A stretch of 34,371 bases of DNA from Octopus sinensis (Eukaryota), in the NCBI RefSeq assembly GCF_006345805.1, contig NW_021831706.1:1-34371 (forward strand). Reading direction: 5' to 3'. Below the pieces are notes generated by a model, which ran no database searches, was not told where the DNA came from, and saw nothing but the letters and a program-made list of their open reading frames with translations. Position numbers and translations under genes: made by a program. Shown here one piece after another: positions 21,584 through 33,186 of the stretch. Position 1 is the stretch's first letter. The number at the start of each line of letters is the position of its first letter.

Positions 21584-21826
21584 ATTCGGCTGCACTACAT
21601 ACTCAACAAAGATAAACATGTCACAATTTAATATCAATACAAGAACTTGCAAATGCCTGAATGTTAACAGATGAAGACAGTATGCAAGAATACTGCCATC
21701 TTCGTCTCTGATAATTAAGACATGGGTATTCTTACCTCATAACGGGTAGTTTAAAACCTTTCCCACAGACATATATAAATGATGCTGCACGTTTATTCTT
21801 CAAAGTATGTTATTGGTATGCCGAAA

Positions 21827-21885
<59 letters not shown>

Positions 21886-22103
21886 TAACCTCCATGTGTG
21901 CATTGAAGCGTGTCTCTCTCTGAATAATACATTATTAAAACATGCTCACGTTTATTCATTGAATATTGCAAATGTTCTTATTTGTTTCTTCCTTGATTTT
22001 TCTTGCTTATTTTTCGCGCGTGCTTTAGATGTATAGATATGTTTACGTTTATAGTGAAATGTATGTATGTGTATGTGAACACATATACGTGTGCATGTGT
22101 ATG

Positions 22104-22136
<33 letters not shown>

Positions 22137-22297
22137 TATATATATACATACATACATACATACATACATACATACACACATACATACATACATATGTACG
22201 TATATATACGCATGCATGATATGAATGTCTATGTATGTATTTATTCAATCATGGATATACATATATGTGTGTATACATATATGTGTGTATACACACA

Positions 22298-22338
<41 letters not shown>

Positions 22339-22899
22339 ACACACACACATATATATATATATATGTTTATACATACAAACACGTACACATAACCAAGACA
22401 TATACTCACATATATATCTTTCTTATTATATCTGATATATGCACGTATGTATATATATATATATATATATATATACCCACGTTACATATAAATATATATA
22501 TGGGAGTGTGTATAAATAAACAAATGTGTCTGTGTGTCTCTGTCTATATTGCATATATACCTATACACCTTCACGTTTCATTTTCCAAACGAAACCTGTA
22601 AAGAAAAACTTTAGAATAATAACTTTTACTGAGAAGCCATTTCATAGGGTAAAATAAGAAAAAAAATATGCTACTTAATGGTCCATCACAGCACCCCACC
22701 GCCTCTCACACTCCACTTACCACCCACAACGCACACCCCACTCACTTCCGTACTCCGAACTTCGTACTCCATACTCATATCTCGCACCATGCTGTGTTCC
22801 TCAACCACCATGTTCCTCTCCTCACCACCGCGGACCTCAAGCCTATCCACGTGTCTTTAACATTTTCCATTGAACACCTATGGATATGTCTAAAAGTGA

Positions 22900-24075
22900 T
22901 TGTTTCTTTTGTTCCACCACCACCACAACCACCACCATCACAATAAACACCTCCACCACCACAACCTCCACTAACACCATCACCAATACCACCACTACCA
23001 CAATCATCATTAACACTTGCACCGTCATTGACGACATTGTCATCATCGCCACCACTAACACTAGCGCCACCACTATCGACGCCAACACCACCTCCACCGC
23101 TACCAAATCTCTACCACCGCAACCACCACCCTAATACAGCTGCACCGCTACCACCTCTACCACCACCGCTACCATCACTACCATCATGCCTATCAAGACC
23201 ACCCCCTCTCCAAACCAACATCATTACCGCCAACATTGACACCACCGCCACAAGCACCGCCGCCGCCGCCGAAGCCACCGCCACCACCACCACTACACCA
23301 CCACCACAACTACAATCACCACCACACTACCATCGCTAAACCACCTCCAACGCTATACTCTCTCTTCATTACCACAATCAATCCCTCCGTCGCACACAAT
23401 CACCCACCACCACCATCTCGTCGACCACCACCACCATCTCGTCGACCACCACCACCACCACCGCCGCCCCCACCGCCGCTGCCACCATCACTACCACCGC
23501 AACTACAGTTGCCATCATTACTACCATCCCCAGACCTCCGACTCTGCTCTCTTCATTGTCACAATCACTCCTGCCCCACAACAATCACCCACTACTACCA
23601 CCTCAACTACCACCACCATCACTACCAGCACTGCCACCGCTACCACCACTACCACCACCGTAGTACTACTACCATCTCAACGACCACTACCATCATCACC
23701 ACCACAGCCACAACCACCATCACCACCACCATCACCATCACCACCACCATCATCAGCACCACCACTACCACCACCGCCGCCACTACAACCACCACCACCA
23801 CCATCATCACCACCATCACCACCATCATCACCATCATCACCATCATCACCACCACCACCACCACTACAACCACCACCACCATTATCATCACCACTACCAC
23901 CACCGTCTCAATAATCACCACCACCATCACCACCACCATCATCACCATCACCACCACCACCACTACCACCACAACCACCACAACCACCATCATTATCCTC
24001 AAACACACCACCCACCCCACCACACCCCACAATCACACCACCACCACCACCACCACCACCACACTCTCTTCTCCG
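22900..24075. repeat. Degenerate (ACC/ATC/ACT)n array
   Basis: Direct reading; source of the poly-T/P/H ORFs. Confidence 0.95.
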
Positions 24076-24389
24076 CCACCATTTTATCCATACCCACCCA
24101 TATACCCATATAACCTTACCATTTATACAGACATCTTATGCCATTTTCTTCTACATTGTTTCAGCCATTTTTTCTCTCTCTTTACAAATCCAAAACCTAC
24201 AACGAACAGCTTCCCTTTTTTTTTATCTCTTTTCAACGTTTTATTCCCTTATTTTTTTTATTGTTTTCATATTTAGCGCCATATTGGATTTTTATTATTT
24301 TCTTTTTGATTTGTTGGGTTGTTTTTGTGGTTTTTGTGCAGTGTGGTTTATTGTTGTTCTTGTTCCTGTTTTTGCTGTCTCTAGTTTTT

Positions 24390-24825
24390 TATGGTGGTGG
24401 TGGCGATGTTGTTGTTGTTGTTGTTGGTAGTGGTGGTGGTGGTAGTGGCGGTGATGGTGATGGCGTCGATGGTGGTGTTGTTGATGGTGGTAGTGTTTGG
24501 TTGGTAGGGTAATGGTGGAGGTGGTGATGACTGTGATGGCGATTATGGTGATGGCGGTGGTAGCGTTGGTGGTGGTGACGATGGTGGTAGTGTTGATGGT
24601 GGTGATGGTGGTGTTGTTGATGGTGGTAGTGTTTGGTGGGTGGGGTGATGGTGGTGCTGATGACTGTGATGGCGATTATGGTGATGGCGGTGGTAGCGTT
24701 GGTGGTGGTGACGATGGTGGTAGTGTTGATGGTGGTGATGGTGGTTGTTATGACTGTGGTGATGGTGGTTGTGATGACGGCGTTGGTTATGGTGGTGGTA
24801 GTGGTGGTGATAGTATTGAACTTGG

Positions 24826-24860
<35 letters not shown>

Positions 24861-24900
24861 GTAGCGATTATAGCAACGGTGGTAGTGATGGTCGTGGTTG
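24390..24900. repeat. Degenerate (GGT/GAT)n array with internal higher-order duplication
   Basis: Identical 88-bp blocks at 24525-24612 and 24658-24745. Confidence 0.92.
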
Positions 24901-25226
24901 CATTTGTGTAGGTGATTGACGAGGATTCGCAATACGATGTTTGGCAAAGAAAATCGATGACGGAGACGTGCGAAGGAGATGATCGCATCGGGATAATCTT
25001 GGTGACGACGACGGCGACGGCGACAGCAATCACAACTGGAAGAATAAAGGGGGAAAGAGAAAAAGAAGGGAAGGCGAACACTAATAGGAATGGCGATAAG
25101 GATGATGGGAAACGATGACGGTGACGACGGTGATGATGGGGAGGTGGAGGCTACAACAACAATAGCAGCAACAGCAATGATGATGGTAATAATAATAACA
25201 ACAACAACAACAACAATAGTAATAAT

Positions 25227-25724
25227 AAGTGTTATCATGTACATTGTTTTGTCTTGGTATAAAAGATGGGCTACAGCAAATATTCTGCTCAATACCACAG
25301 ATTTGCTTGTCAGTTGTTTGACCTTAACCAGTTGAGCATGTCCCTTAGTGGTTGACGATATGTGCATCTCTGATCAAGAGCAGAAGTAGTGGGGGAGCAT
25401 CATAGCCATGTGTTGAAAGGAATTCTTGGAGGTTTTATAATTCACCTTTGGAAACATGGGTGGTTCGTTCAACATCCTTAAACAATCCTTATTCAGGGAC
25501 CTTTTGAGCGGGATGGGCTACTCAACCTGAAGAAATTTCTAACTGCGCCCCACCTGCAAGGTCATGTGCTGTTTATCTTGATATGAGATCACCATGTTGC
25601 GCACATATGGTTGTGATGCATGTGCCTGGTGTACCCTTATCAGACGGGTAGTCATGATGGGTATACTGGGCTTCGTATATTTTACCCCAGTGTCACTTTC
25701 ATGGCATGAACTGCTCTCTCACTC
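25227..25724 (+). mobile_element. Repeat family B, 5'-shortened copy within (AAT)n
   Basis: Collinear with 17561-18115; same 3' junction. Confidence 0.9.
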
Positions 25725-25780
<56 letters not shown>

Positions 25781-25789
25781 TAATAATAA

Positions 25790-25893
25790 TCTATTCTACT
25801 GGAAGCACAAGGCCTCAAATTTTCGGGAAGGGATTAAGTCGATTACATCGACCCCAGTGCGTAACTGCTACTTATTTCATCGCGAAGTCGACC
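25790..25893 (-). mobile_element. SINE C tail fragment (alternative-tail subtype)
   Basis: GCACAAGGCC...AAGTCGATTACATCGACCCCAGTGCGTAACTG. Confidence 0.7.
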
Positions 25894-25894
25894 T

Positions 25895-26544
25895 AACTTA
25901 TTATTGTGGACACTGCTTGACGAGGTTGGAGTGTTTCATTAAAATTCTTGTGGCAGGGACGTGTTCCAATATTCAGGCGGTCAGTGCGTGTGGGCTCCGT
26001 TTGTGAGGCGCGACTTTCTGCACCTCCTTGATGGAGCTGCAGTCATGGCTGAAGGAAAGACCGCGAGTGGGCGCCTGGCACCTAGAATGTCGTCGGGCGT
26101 TCACAAACCTCTACCAGTCGGGCAATGGGATCGGTTGATGTTCCGATTTAGAAATTTATAGATTAGTGGCGGGGAAGTGCGACGACGTTCTCTGGGAAAC
26201 TCTGTATTGCCGACGAGAACGAACTGGCGAGTCTGTTTCGGAGGACTTTCCAGTCGGGAACTATCATGGATAATTTCCAGATGCCCTTGGCTTGGCAGTG
26301 CTACTGGGGGGGGGGGGTAAGACACGACATGTTCGAGATAAACTCTACAGACACGGATGCGCTGTCAAACGGACTTATCCGAGGTGCGCGCAGAGGGACG
26401 AAACCGTTCTGCACGCCCTCGTTCAGTGTCCGGGCATTGCTGACTTTGGGGTTATGTTGAACAGTTACTGTCACGTGTGGGACGGATCCGTCTGTTGGCC
26501 TAGTCGGTAGTGATGATTGCACCACCGCCCTCCTCCTCCTCCTC

Positions 26545-26577
<33 letters not shown>

Positions 26578-26819
26578 GCGTAATCAGGCAGGCAAGGAAA
26601 TTTTCCATTGCTTTGATGGCTGAGACGAAAGAAGTTGCTTGGTGGACAAGGCTGAAAGGCATGAGGACAGATACATTCCTCTTTAGCAGAGTTCTCATTG
26701 GCTTTTTCAAGCTTCAAATGAAAAGGAAATTGAGAGTGGAGAGAGAAGTGCTGTCCTCGAGTGAGTTTATTGAAAGGTGGGTGAAAGTTGCGAAAATCTT
26801 TCGCCCTCGTGGCAAATAA
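25895..26819 (+). pseudogene. L1/Tx1-clade LINE ORF2 3' fragment
   Basis: VRDKLYRHGCAVKRTYPRCAQRDETVLHALVQCPGI (CCHC knuckle, first Cys now Tyr) and ETKEVAWWTR...LRVEREVLSSSEFIERWVKVAK. Frameshifted and split by a (CCT)(ATT)n array. Confidence 0.85.
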
Positions 26820-26835
26820 ATGAAAATTCATCATC

Positions 26836-26923
<88 letters not shown>

Positions 26924-26942
26924 TATTATTATTATTATTATT

Positions 26943-27107
26943 GAGTGAGAGAGCAGTTCATGCCATCAAAGTGACACTGGGGTAAAATATACGAAGCCCA
27001 ATATACCCATCATGACTACCCATCTGATAAGGGTAAACCAGACACATGCATCACATCCATATGTGCGCGACATGGTGATCTCATATCAAGATAAACAGCA
27101 CATGACC

Positions 27108-27109
<2 letters not shown>
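26943..27109 (-). mobile_element. Repeat family B, 3' 167 bp, within (TAT)n
   Basis: Reverse complement of about 17950-18115. Confidence 0.9.
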
Positions 27110-27142
<33 letters not shown>

Positions 27143-27158
27143 GTTGTTGTTGTTGTTG

Positions 27159-27194
<36 letters not shown>

Positions 27195-27316
27195 TATTAT
27201 TATTTTTATTATTATTATTATTATTGGCTAAAGGGGCGAAGGCATAAAGAAAAAGAAAGGGGGAGAAAAGAAAGAAGAAAAGTACGATAGTACGAAAGAA
27301 GAAAAGTAATATGTGT

Positions 27317-27355
<39 letters not shown>

Positions 27356-27764
27356 TGTGTGTGCGTGTGTGTTCACGGACGCGTGTGTGTGCACGGACGC
27401 GTGTGTGTAATCATCAAAACAAATTTAAAATAAACAGTGAAAAACATGCAAACAATAAAAAATAGTAATAATCAACGCAACAAACAATTGCAATATACAG
27501 AGAAATAGAGAGAGAGAGAGAGAGAGAGGCGGCAGAGAGAGGGAGGGAGAGAGGGAGAGAGAGAGAGAGTGAGGCACAGACATGGGCGTTGTTACAAGTA
27601 GTCAATTCTTCGTCGATGTATTTATTGTTGTTGTTGTTGTTACTGATGTTTCAGTTATTTCAATCATTAAATCCGACGCTTGGCCTCTCGTTAATGTTCC
27701 GTGTTCAATAGACATTCATCCATAATTATGTAATTAAGTAGATCCAATCATTATATTTTCTTAC

Positions 27765-27810
27765 ACTAAACCTCCTCCTTGACTCGTGCCTCGCTTCTTC
27801 ATGACTTTAG
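27765..27810 (-). CDS. Candidate 46-nt host-gene exon
   Basis: TTTTTCAG acceptor, open frame xKVMKKRGTSQGGGL, GTAAGA donor. No homology recognised. Confidence 0.2.
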
Positions 27811-27819
27811 CTGAAAAAT

Positions 27820-27835
27820 CCATTATTATTATTGC

Positions 27836-27928
<93 letters not shown>

Positions 27929-28002
27929 CATCATTATTATTATTACTATTATTATTATTATTGTTATCATTATTATTATTATTATTATTATTGTTGTTGT
28001 TA

Positions 28003-28037
<35 letters not shown>

Positions 28038-28082
28038 GTTATCATTATTATTATTATTATTATTATTGTTGTTGTTGTTATA

Positions 28083-28115
<33 letters not shown>

Positions 28116-28195
28116 GTTATCATTATTATTATTGTTATTGTTGTTATTATTATTATTATTATTATTATTGTTATCATTATTATTATTGTTATTGT

Positions 28196-28228
<33 letters not shown>

Positions 28229-28285
28229 TAATAATAATATTATTACTTTTATTGTTGTTGTTTTTCTTCTTATTATTATTATTCA

Positions 28286-28340
<55 letters not shown>

Positions 28341-28368
28341 ACTATTATCATCATCATCATCATTACTT
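27820..28368. repeat. Long (ATT)n array with GTT/ATC interruptions
   Basis: Direct reading. Confidence 0.97.
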
Positions 28369-28447
28369 TCTATAGCGTATACTTGCGAGGTTCTACTGCA
28401 CCGTCAGCAACATCTCCGAGTACCTGATGCGTGCGTGCGTATGTGTA

Positions 28448-28478
<31 letters not shown>

Positions 28479-29512
28479 ACATTATTACGTTTTCTGAGGT
28501 ATAATACTGTTTACGCATTATATAAGGCTATATAAATTTTCTTTTGTTGTGGAAATTCGTTTTGTTTTTGCTGTTGTTATTTTATTGCTTCATCTGTTTG
28601 TTGTGTAGTAGAATATCTGTTATATGGTTTATAACTACACAACAACAACAACAACAACAACAACAACCAACAACAACAACACAACAACAACAACAACAAC
28701 AACCACATCACTATACATGTCTCCACTACTCAAACGAAAATTGGAATATAGAAACGTTATCTTTTGCAAATACTTTGAACTACAAATAAAAACCCAGAGA
28801 AAGAGAAAAACACCGTAATATGGAGCAGTTTGCTAAGAGAACAAAAGTTTGGAAAACAATTGCCAATCTACCACAATCCATCGCAGGCGCGCCGGAGGAG
28901 GAGAGCAACTGAGTAGTATTCCATCACTAACAGACACACTCCAGCTTCTGGTACACACTCTTTATGTCTCATTTGTTTGTATTTCCTCTTGTTACTATAA
29001 TCGTCCCTGTTCCTCAGATATACCTGATTTTGTATTGCTATTAATCAGGAACCGAGACCCACTTGTCTCAGTACTTCTCGTCACTCTTATCGTATCCATT
29101 TTCCCTTATTAACCCCTATATTCAATCCTTCTACCCCGTAACATTGTCCCCGTCGAATCTCCTCTTAGCTGCAAAATTATTAACTGAATACTAACGGCAA
29201 CAACCTCACAGGACTTGGTGAGCCAGTAATGATCATGGACTCAACCCATTCCTCTAATTCTGGAGAATTAGCAAGTAAATTTAAAAAAAAAGAGAAAATA
29301 CAGGAAGTGGAGGGCTTGCATAATTAGCGGGTTCTCATATACACAGGTGGACGTTGCAGTTTTATACGAACATAATTATTTCAATCATTATGAGTTTCGT
29401 TACACTTTCAACAGCATTTTTGTGTAAATATTTGTTTTATAAACAGAATCGTTTGTACGTCGGACAAAAATCTAACTAGCACTTCGTCTGTCTGTACATA
29501 TATATATATATA

Positions 29513-29575
29513 TAACGGGAAGCTTTATGAAAATAAACAAAAGACGAAGGCAGTGGGAAAACAAACGAACAATTG

Positions 29576-29576
<1 letters not shown>
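29513..29576 (-). mobile_element. About 65-bp retroposon 3' end fragment in (TA)n, copy 3
   Basis: Matches 9774-9834 and 3760-3829. Confidence 0.8.
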
Positions 29577-29645
<69 letters not shown>

Positions 29646-29674
29646 ATTATTATATATATATATATATATATATA

Positions 29675-29820
29675 AAGTTTTTGGACAAATTCCTTCAAAC
29701 AGTCCCGGACACACCACCCACACCGGGATATGTATTCCGCAAACAATAACTCTCTGCTCGAATGGGCCTTGGTGCCCAAATCCTGAATTGAAAGACTTCG
29801 CCAGGTGGTGCTATTATTTA
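29675..29820 (+). mobile_element. CR1/L2-type LINE 3' terminal fragment
   Basis: KFLDKFLQTVPDTPPTPGYV, then after a frameshift NNSLLEW; matches the LDKFL..PD.P..PGY..NSL C-terminal motif. Confidence 0.65.
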
Positions 29821-29927
29821 TGAATTATATAAATTTAACCTCTAAGGCACTTTTGATATGCTGGCCATTGATAAAATTTTTTTTCGAAAAAATTTTATCC
29901 TACATTGACACACCACACACCACACAC

Positions 29928-29979
<52 letters not shown>

Positions 29980-30019
29980 ATGTATACATAAATATAAATA
30001 TCAAGAGAGTGTATTTATC

Positions 30020-30091
30020 GCAACTGTCCGACCAACGGGAACGAGAAACACTGAGCGACAGTTTTGCGCTGATCTTGCAGCTTTAATAAAA

Positions 30092-30092
<1 letters not shown>
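30020..30092. mobile_element. Diverged DNA-transposon-like end related to 6635-6706
   Basis: Shares AACTGTCCGA, GAAAC-CTGA and CAGCTTT blocks with the reverse complement of 6635-6706. Confidence 0.4.
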
Positions 30093-30138
<46 letters not shown>

Positions 30139-30139
30139 G

Positions 30140-30209
<70 letters not shown>

Positions 30210-30576
30210 GAGGTTAAGTAATTGAGATTATTTAGTATTTTCAAGTAAATTAAACAGCAATAACCACATAAACAACAAAAATGATCAAGTCGAAAAGATA
30301 CATAGATGTGGATCTAATACAACATCTAATCGTAATGATAAGTATAGGATAAATACATAGACCATAACACAGATAGCCCTGATAAGGCAACCTTAAATAA
30401 AATTAAAATTAAGAAACCACTATTAGTAACATAGACAACAACAATGACCATACCAGAAAGGATAGTAGAAATAGATTTACAACGGCAAGTACCCTAATGA
30501 TATTAAGAATTATTAAAAAACATAACAGAGAATACTTATAATAAGGGTAAAATAAACTTGGATAAAACTAGCAAAC

Positions 30577-31977
30577 ATGCTAACAGGAACATTAATAAAT
30601 ACAAAGAATCTGATGATGGGACGATTAATTCTAATAACCCTAACTCTAGTGGGAAAAATTCTAGCAGCCCTAACTCTAATTCTAAGAAATTTAATAAGAA
30701 ACATAATATGGCTAAACATCCCTTTTAACTGTGCGGTTTCATCAGATATTCAGGGTAGATTCAAAACAATTCTAGAAAAAAATTTCCCATCCTCTCATAG
30801 ATATCATAAAATTATTTCTAAAAAAACAGTCAGAATTTCTTATTCAACTCTCCCAAATATGTCCACTTTAATAGCTAAGATCAATAATAATAACATAAAA
30901 CTAGCTAGAAATAATTTAATAAATAAAAATAAAAATACAACGGAAAATTGTAATAACAGTACGGAAAGTAATAATTGCAACAATAATAATAATAAAAACA
31001 ATAATGAATGTCATAAAATAAATATAACCAAAAGCCATGGAATTGTTAATAACAATAATAACATAAATAGGAATGATTATGTTAGTAATAGGAATAATAC
31101 CATGAATGTAAGTACAGTGAATGAGAGTAACAACATTATCAGCAACAACACTACACATCTGGATAACAATATCGACAACAATACTAATAGCATCAACAAT
31201 ATCAGCAATGATAGTAGAGTTATAGAACCAAACGATAGTGTAGGAATACCGACAAATGATAATACTACTTTAGGAGATAACATCAACTGCAATAATGATA
31301 ACATTATTTTAGATAGCAGCACCAATAATAATAATAATGAAAGTAGGGCTTTAGAACCAAATGAAAATGTAGGAATACCTATAAATGATAATACTGTTTT
31401 AGATAATAATATTAACTACAATAATGATAGAGTTTTTTTAGATAATAACAATAATCAAAATCATGATAAATTTACCCGCTCTGCTTCGAGCAACAGTAAT
31501 ATAAGACTTCTATCCTCAAGGTATTCCACCTCTAATTATAATGCCCCTAGATGTAATTGCAGAATTAAATCAAAATGCCCGGCCCCTGATTTATGCGGGT
31601 TAATTAACATAATCTATAAGTGCTCCGTAACCACAGATAATAATAAGTTCTCTTATGTTGGATGCACTGTAAATTTTAAACAGAGATTGAATAACCATCT
31701 CTCATCTTTTAAATTACGTCATAAGGCTGATAGCACTACTCTTTCTAGTAAAATTTGGGAACTAAAAAACAATAATATCAAATATAACCTTAATTGGGAA
31801 TTAGTCAGAAGAGCAAAACCCTATAAAAATAGCAGAGTAGGCTGCCAACTTTGCTCCATGGAAGCATTTGAAATACTAATGTATAGAAATAATGGAGAAA
31901 TTCAATTAAACAGCAGAATTGAACTTGGAAATTCTTGTATACATGCTCGGTTTAAGACTCTTAAATATTTTAAATGA
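30577..31977 (+). CDS. PLE polyprotein C-terminal part: RT thumb, Asn-rich linker, Cys-rich GIY-YIG endonuclease (homology starts about 30697)
   Basis: RNIIWLNIPF...KNFP...ISYSTLPNM; CNCRxxxxCPxxxxC; IIY(345-347)...YVG(360-362); FKQRLNNH; TLSSKIWELK; CQLCSME; LNSRIELGNSCIH. Upstream sequence is frameshifted, so this is probably not an expressed gene. Confidence 0.88.
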   Translation: MLTGTLINTKNLMMGRLILITLTLVGKILAALTLILRNLIRNIIWLNIPFNCAVSSDIQGRFKTILEKNFPSSHRYHKIISKKTVRISYSTLPNMSTLIAKINNNNIKLARNNLINKNKNTTENCNNSTESNNCNNNNNKNNNECHKINITKSHGIVNNNNNINRNDYVSNRNNTMNVSTVNESNNIISNNTTHLDNNIDNNTNSINNISNDSRVIEPNDSVGIPTNDNTTLGDNINCNNDNIILDSSTNNNNNESRALEPNENVGIPINDNTVLDNNINYNNDRVFLDNNNNQNHDKFTRSASSNSNIRLLSSRYSTSNYNAPRCNCRIKSKCPAPDLCGLINIIYKCSVTTDNNKFSYVGCTVNFKQRLNNHLSSFKLRHKADSTTLSSKIWELKNNNIKYNLNWELVRRAKPYKNSRVGCQLCSMEAFEILMYRNNGEIQLNSRIELGNSCIHARFKTLKYFK

Positions 31978-32663
31978 TATTTTAAATCATATCTCAATTG
32001 ATAACTGTATACTGGAATCATTTTACATAAAATTCATTTTGACTTACATATCACTCCTACATAGTATATTATATATTTAACTAGAAAGATAAGTTCTAAC
32101 TAGCTATGATTATAATTTTTTCTCTCTCTGATGGTACTATTTATACTTATTGACTTAAATTATTTGATTTATTTCTATTGGACCATATTATTATAAATTA
32201 AATTTGGCTCTATTTTTATCTCCATTTCTTAGTCTATTTTTATCCCATTACAAATATTAGTTAGTTAAATCTCTTAATTTCTTTTACACTTTAAAAATTA
32301 ATTCTGCTAATCCAGACCTATCGTAGTGTATTGTGATGTGATATAATTATCAAAATAATATAATATAATATAGTGTAGTGTATTTATGTATAGTATAATA
32401 ATAATATATTGTTTAATTTAATTTAAAAACAACCCCATTTTTCTTTCCTTTCTAATGACCTCTTTGTAACCTGACAATCTATTAATAGTAACATTTATAA
32501 ATAAAGAAATAAATTGTTGACCTCAGTTCGAATTTTGTTCTAAACAAACTTAGACTTTTTGTTAGTATCAAATTGTGCCCATCCCCTTAGCTTCCCCTTT
32601 CCTTTCTCTTTGACAGCTTAAATAGCAGTAACTGATTAAATTCCTACCTCCTTCCCCCTCTTT

Positions 32664-33118
32664 CTGTGATTCTTGAAAATTTCATTAACAACCTGAACCA
32701 CTACAATATAAGACTGTCATTTTGCTTCTCATTCGGATTCCCTGATATTTTCGCATGATTGTACCCTAAATCTCTCCACAAAACTGGATTATGAACTATA
32801 AGGACATACACAAATTCTGTAAGTTCAAGACTTTTTCATCGGATCTCCAAAAAATCGAACTTATCTGCGATTCTTGTAAATTTCAATAACAATCTGTTCC
32901 TCTACACGATATGACAGTCACTATGCTTTTACTCAGACTTTCCTCTACATGATATGGCAGTCACTTTGCCTCTTACTCGGATTTTCAGAAATTTTGCATG
33001 ACTGTATCCGAAAATTTCTTCAAACAACTTGATCAAATATTCAATATGAGCTATATGTAGACATGCATAAATTCTATAGGTTTAAAACTTTCATCGGATC
33101 TCCATGAATCGAACTTTC
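32664..33118 (+). repeat. Diverged tandem duplication in the PLE 3' region
   Basis: Unit 1 32664-32864 (201 bp); unit 2 32865-33118 with an extra ~44-bp internal duplication. Shared GATTCTTG-AAATTTCA and TTTCATCGGATCTCCA-AATCGAACTT. Confidence 0.8.
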
Positions 33119-33186
33119 TTCAATGCAGTTAATCTTACAACTTTTTGTATCTACCCCTTTTGATGTTTGGGAATTCTCTGATATTT

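Noticed and set aside
23236-24276. 346-aa Pro/Thr-rich mucin- or extensin-like ORF
   Set aside because: Degenerate (ACC)n array with frame-independent low complexity.
28378-28430. Minus-strand VLGDVADGAVEPRK exon candidate
   Set aside because: Weak donor (GTATAC) and an acceptor made of microsatellite sequence.
28840-29290. Unique segment with small hairpins as a structured RNA or coding relic
   Set aside because: No recognisable motif or sustained reading frame; the hairpins are short enough to be chance.
6635-30092. A single 23-kb transposon bounded by related inverted ends
   Set aside because: The ends are too diverged, no shared TSD was seen, and no transposase lies inside.
30577-30696. 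First 40 aa of the 466-aa ORF as a real N-terminus
   Set aside because: PLE homology starts at about 30697; the upstream Asn-rich reading is in another frame.
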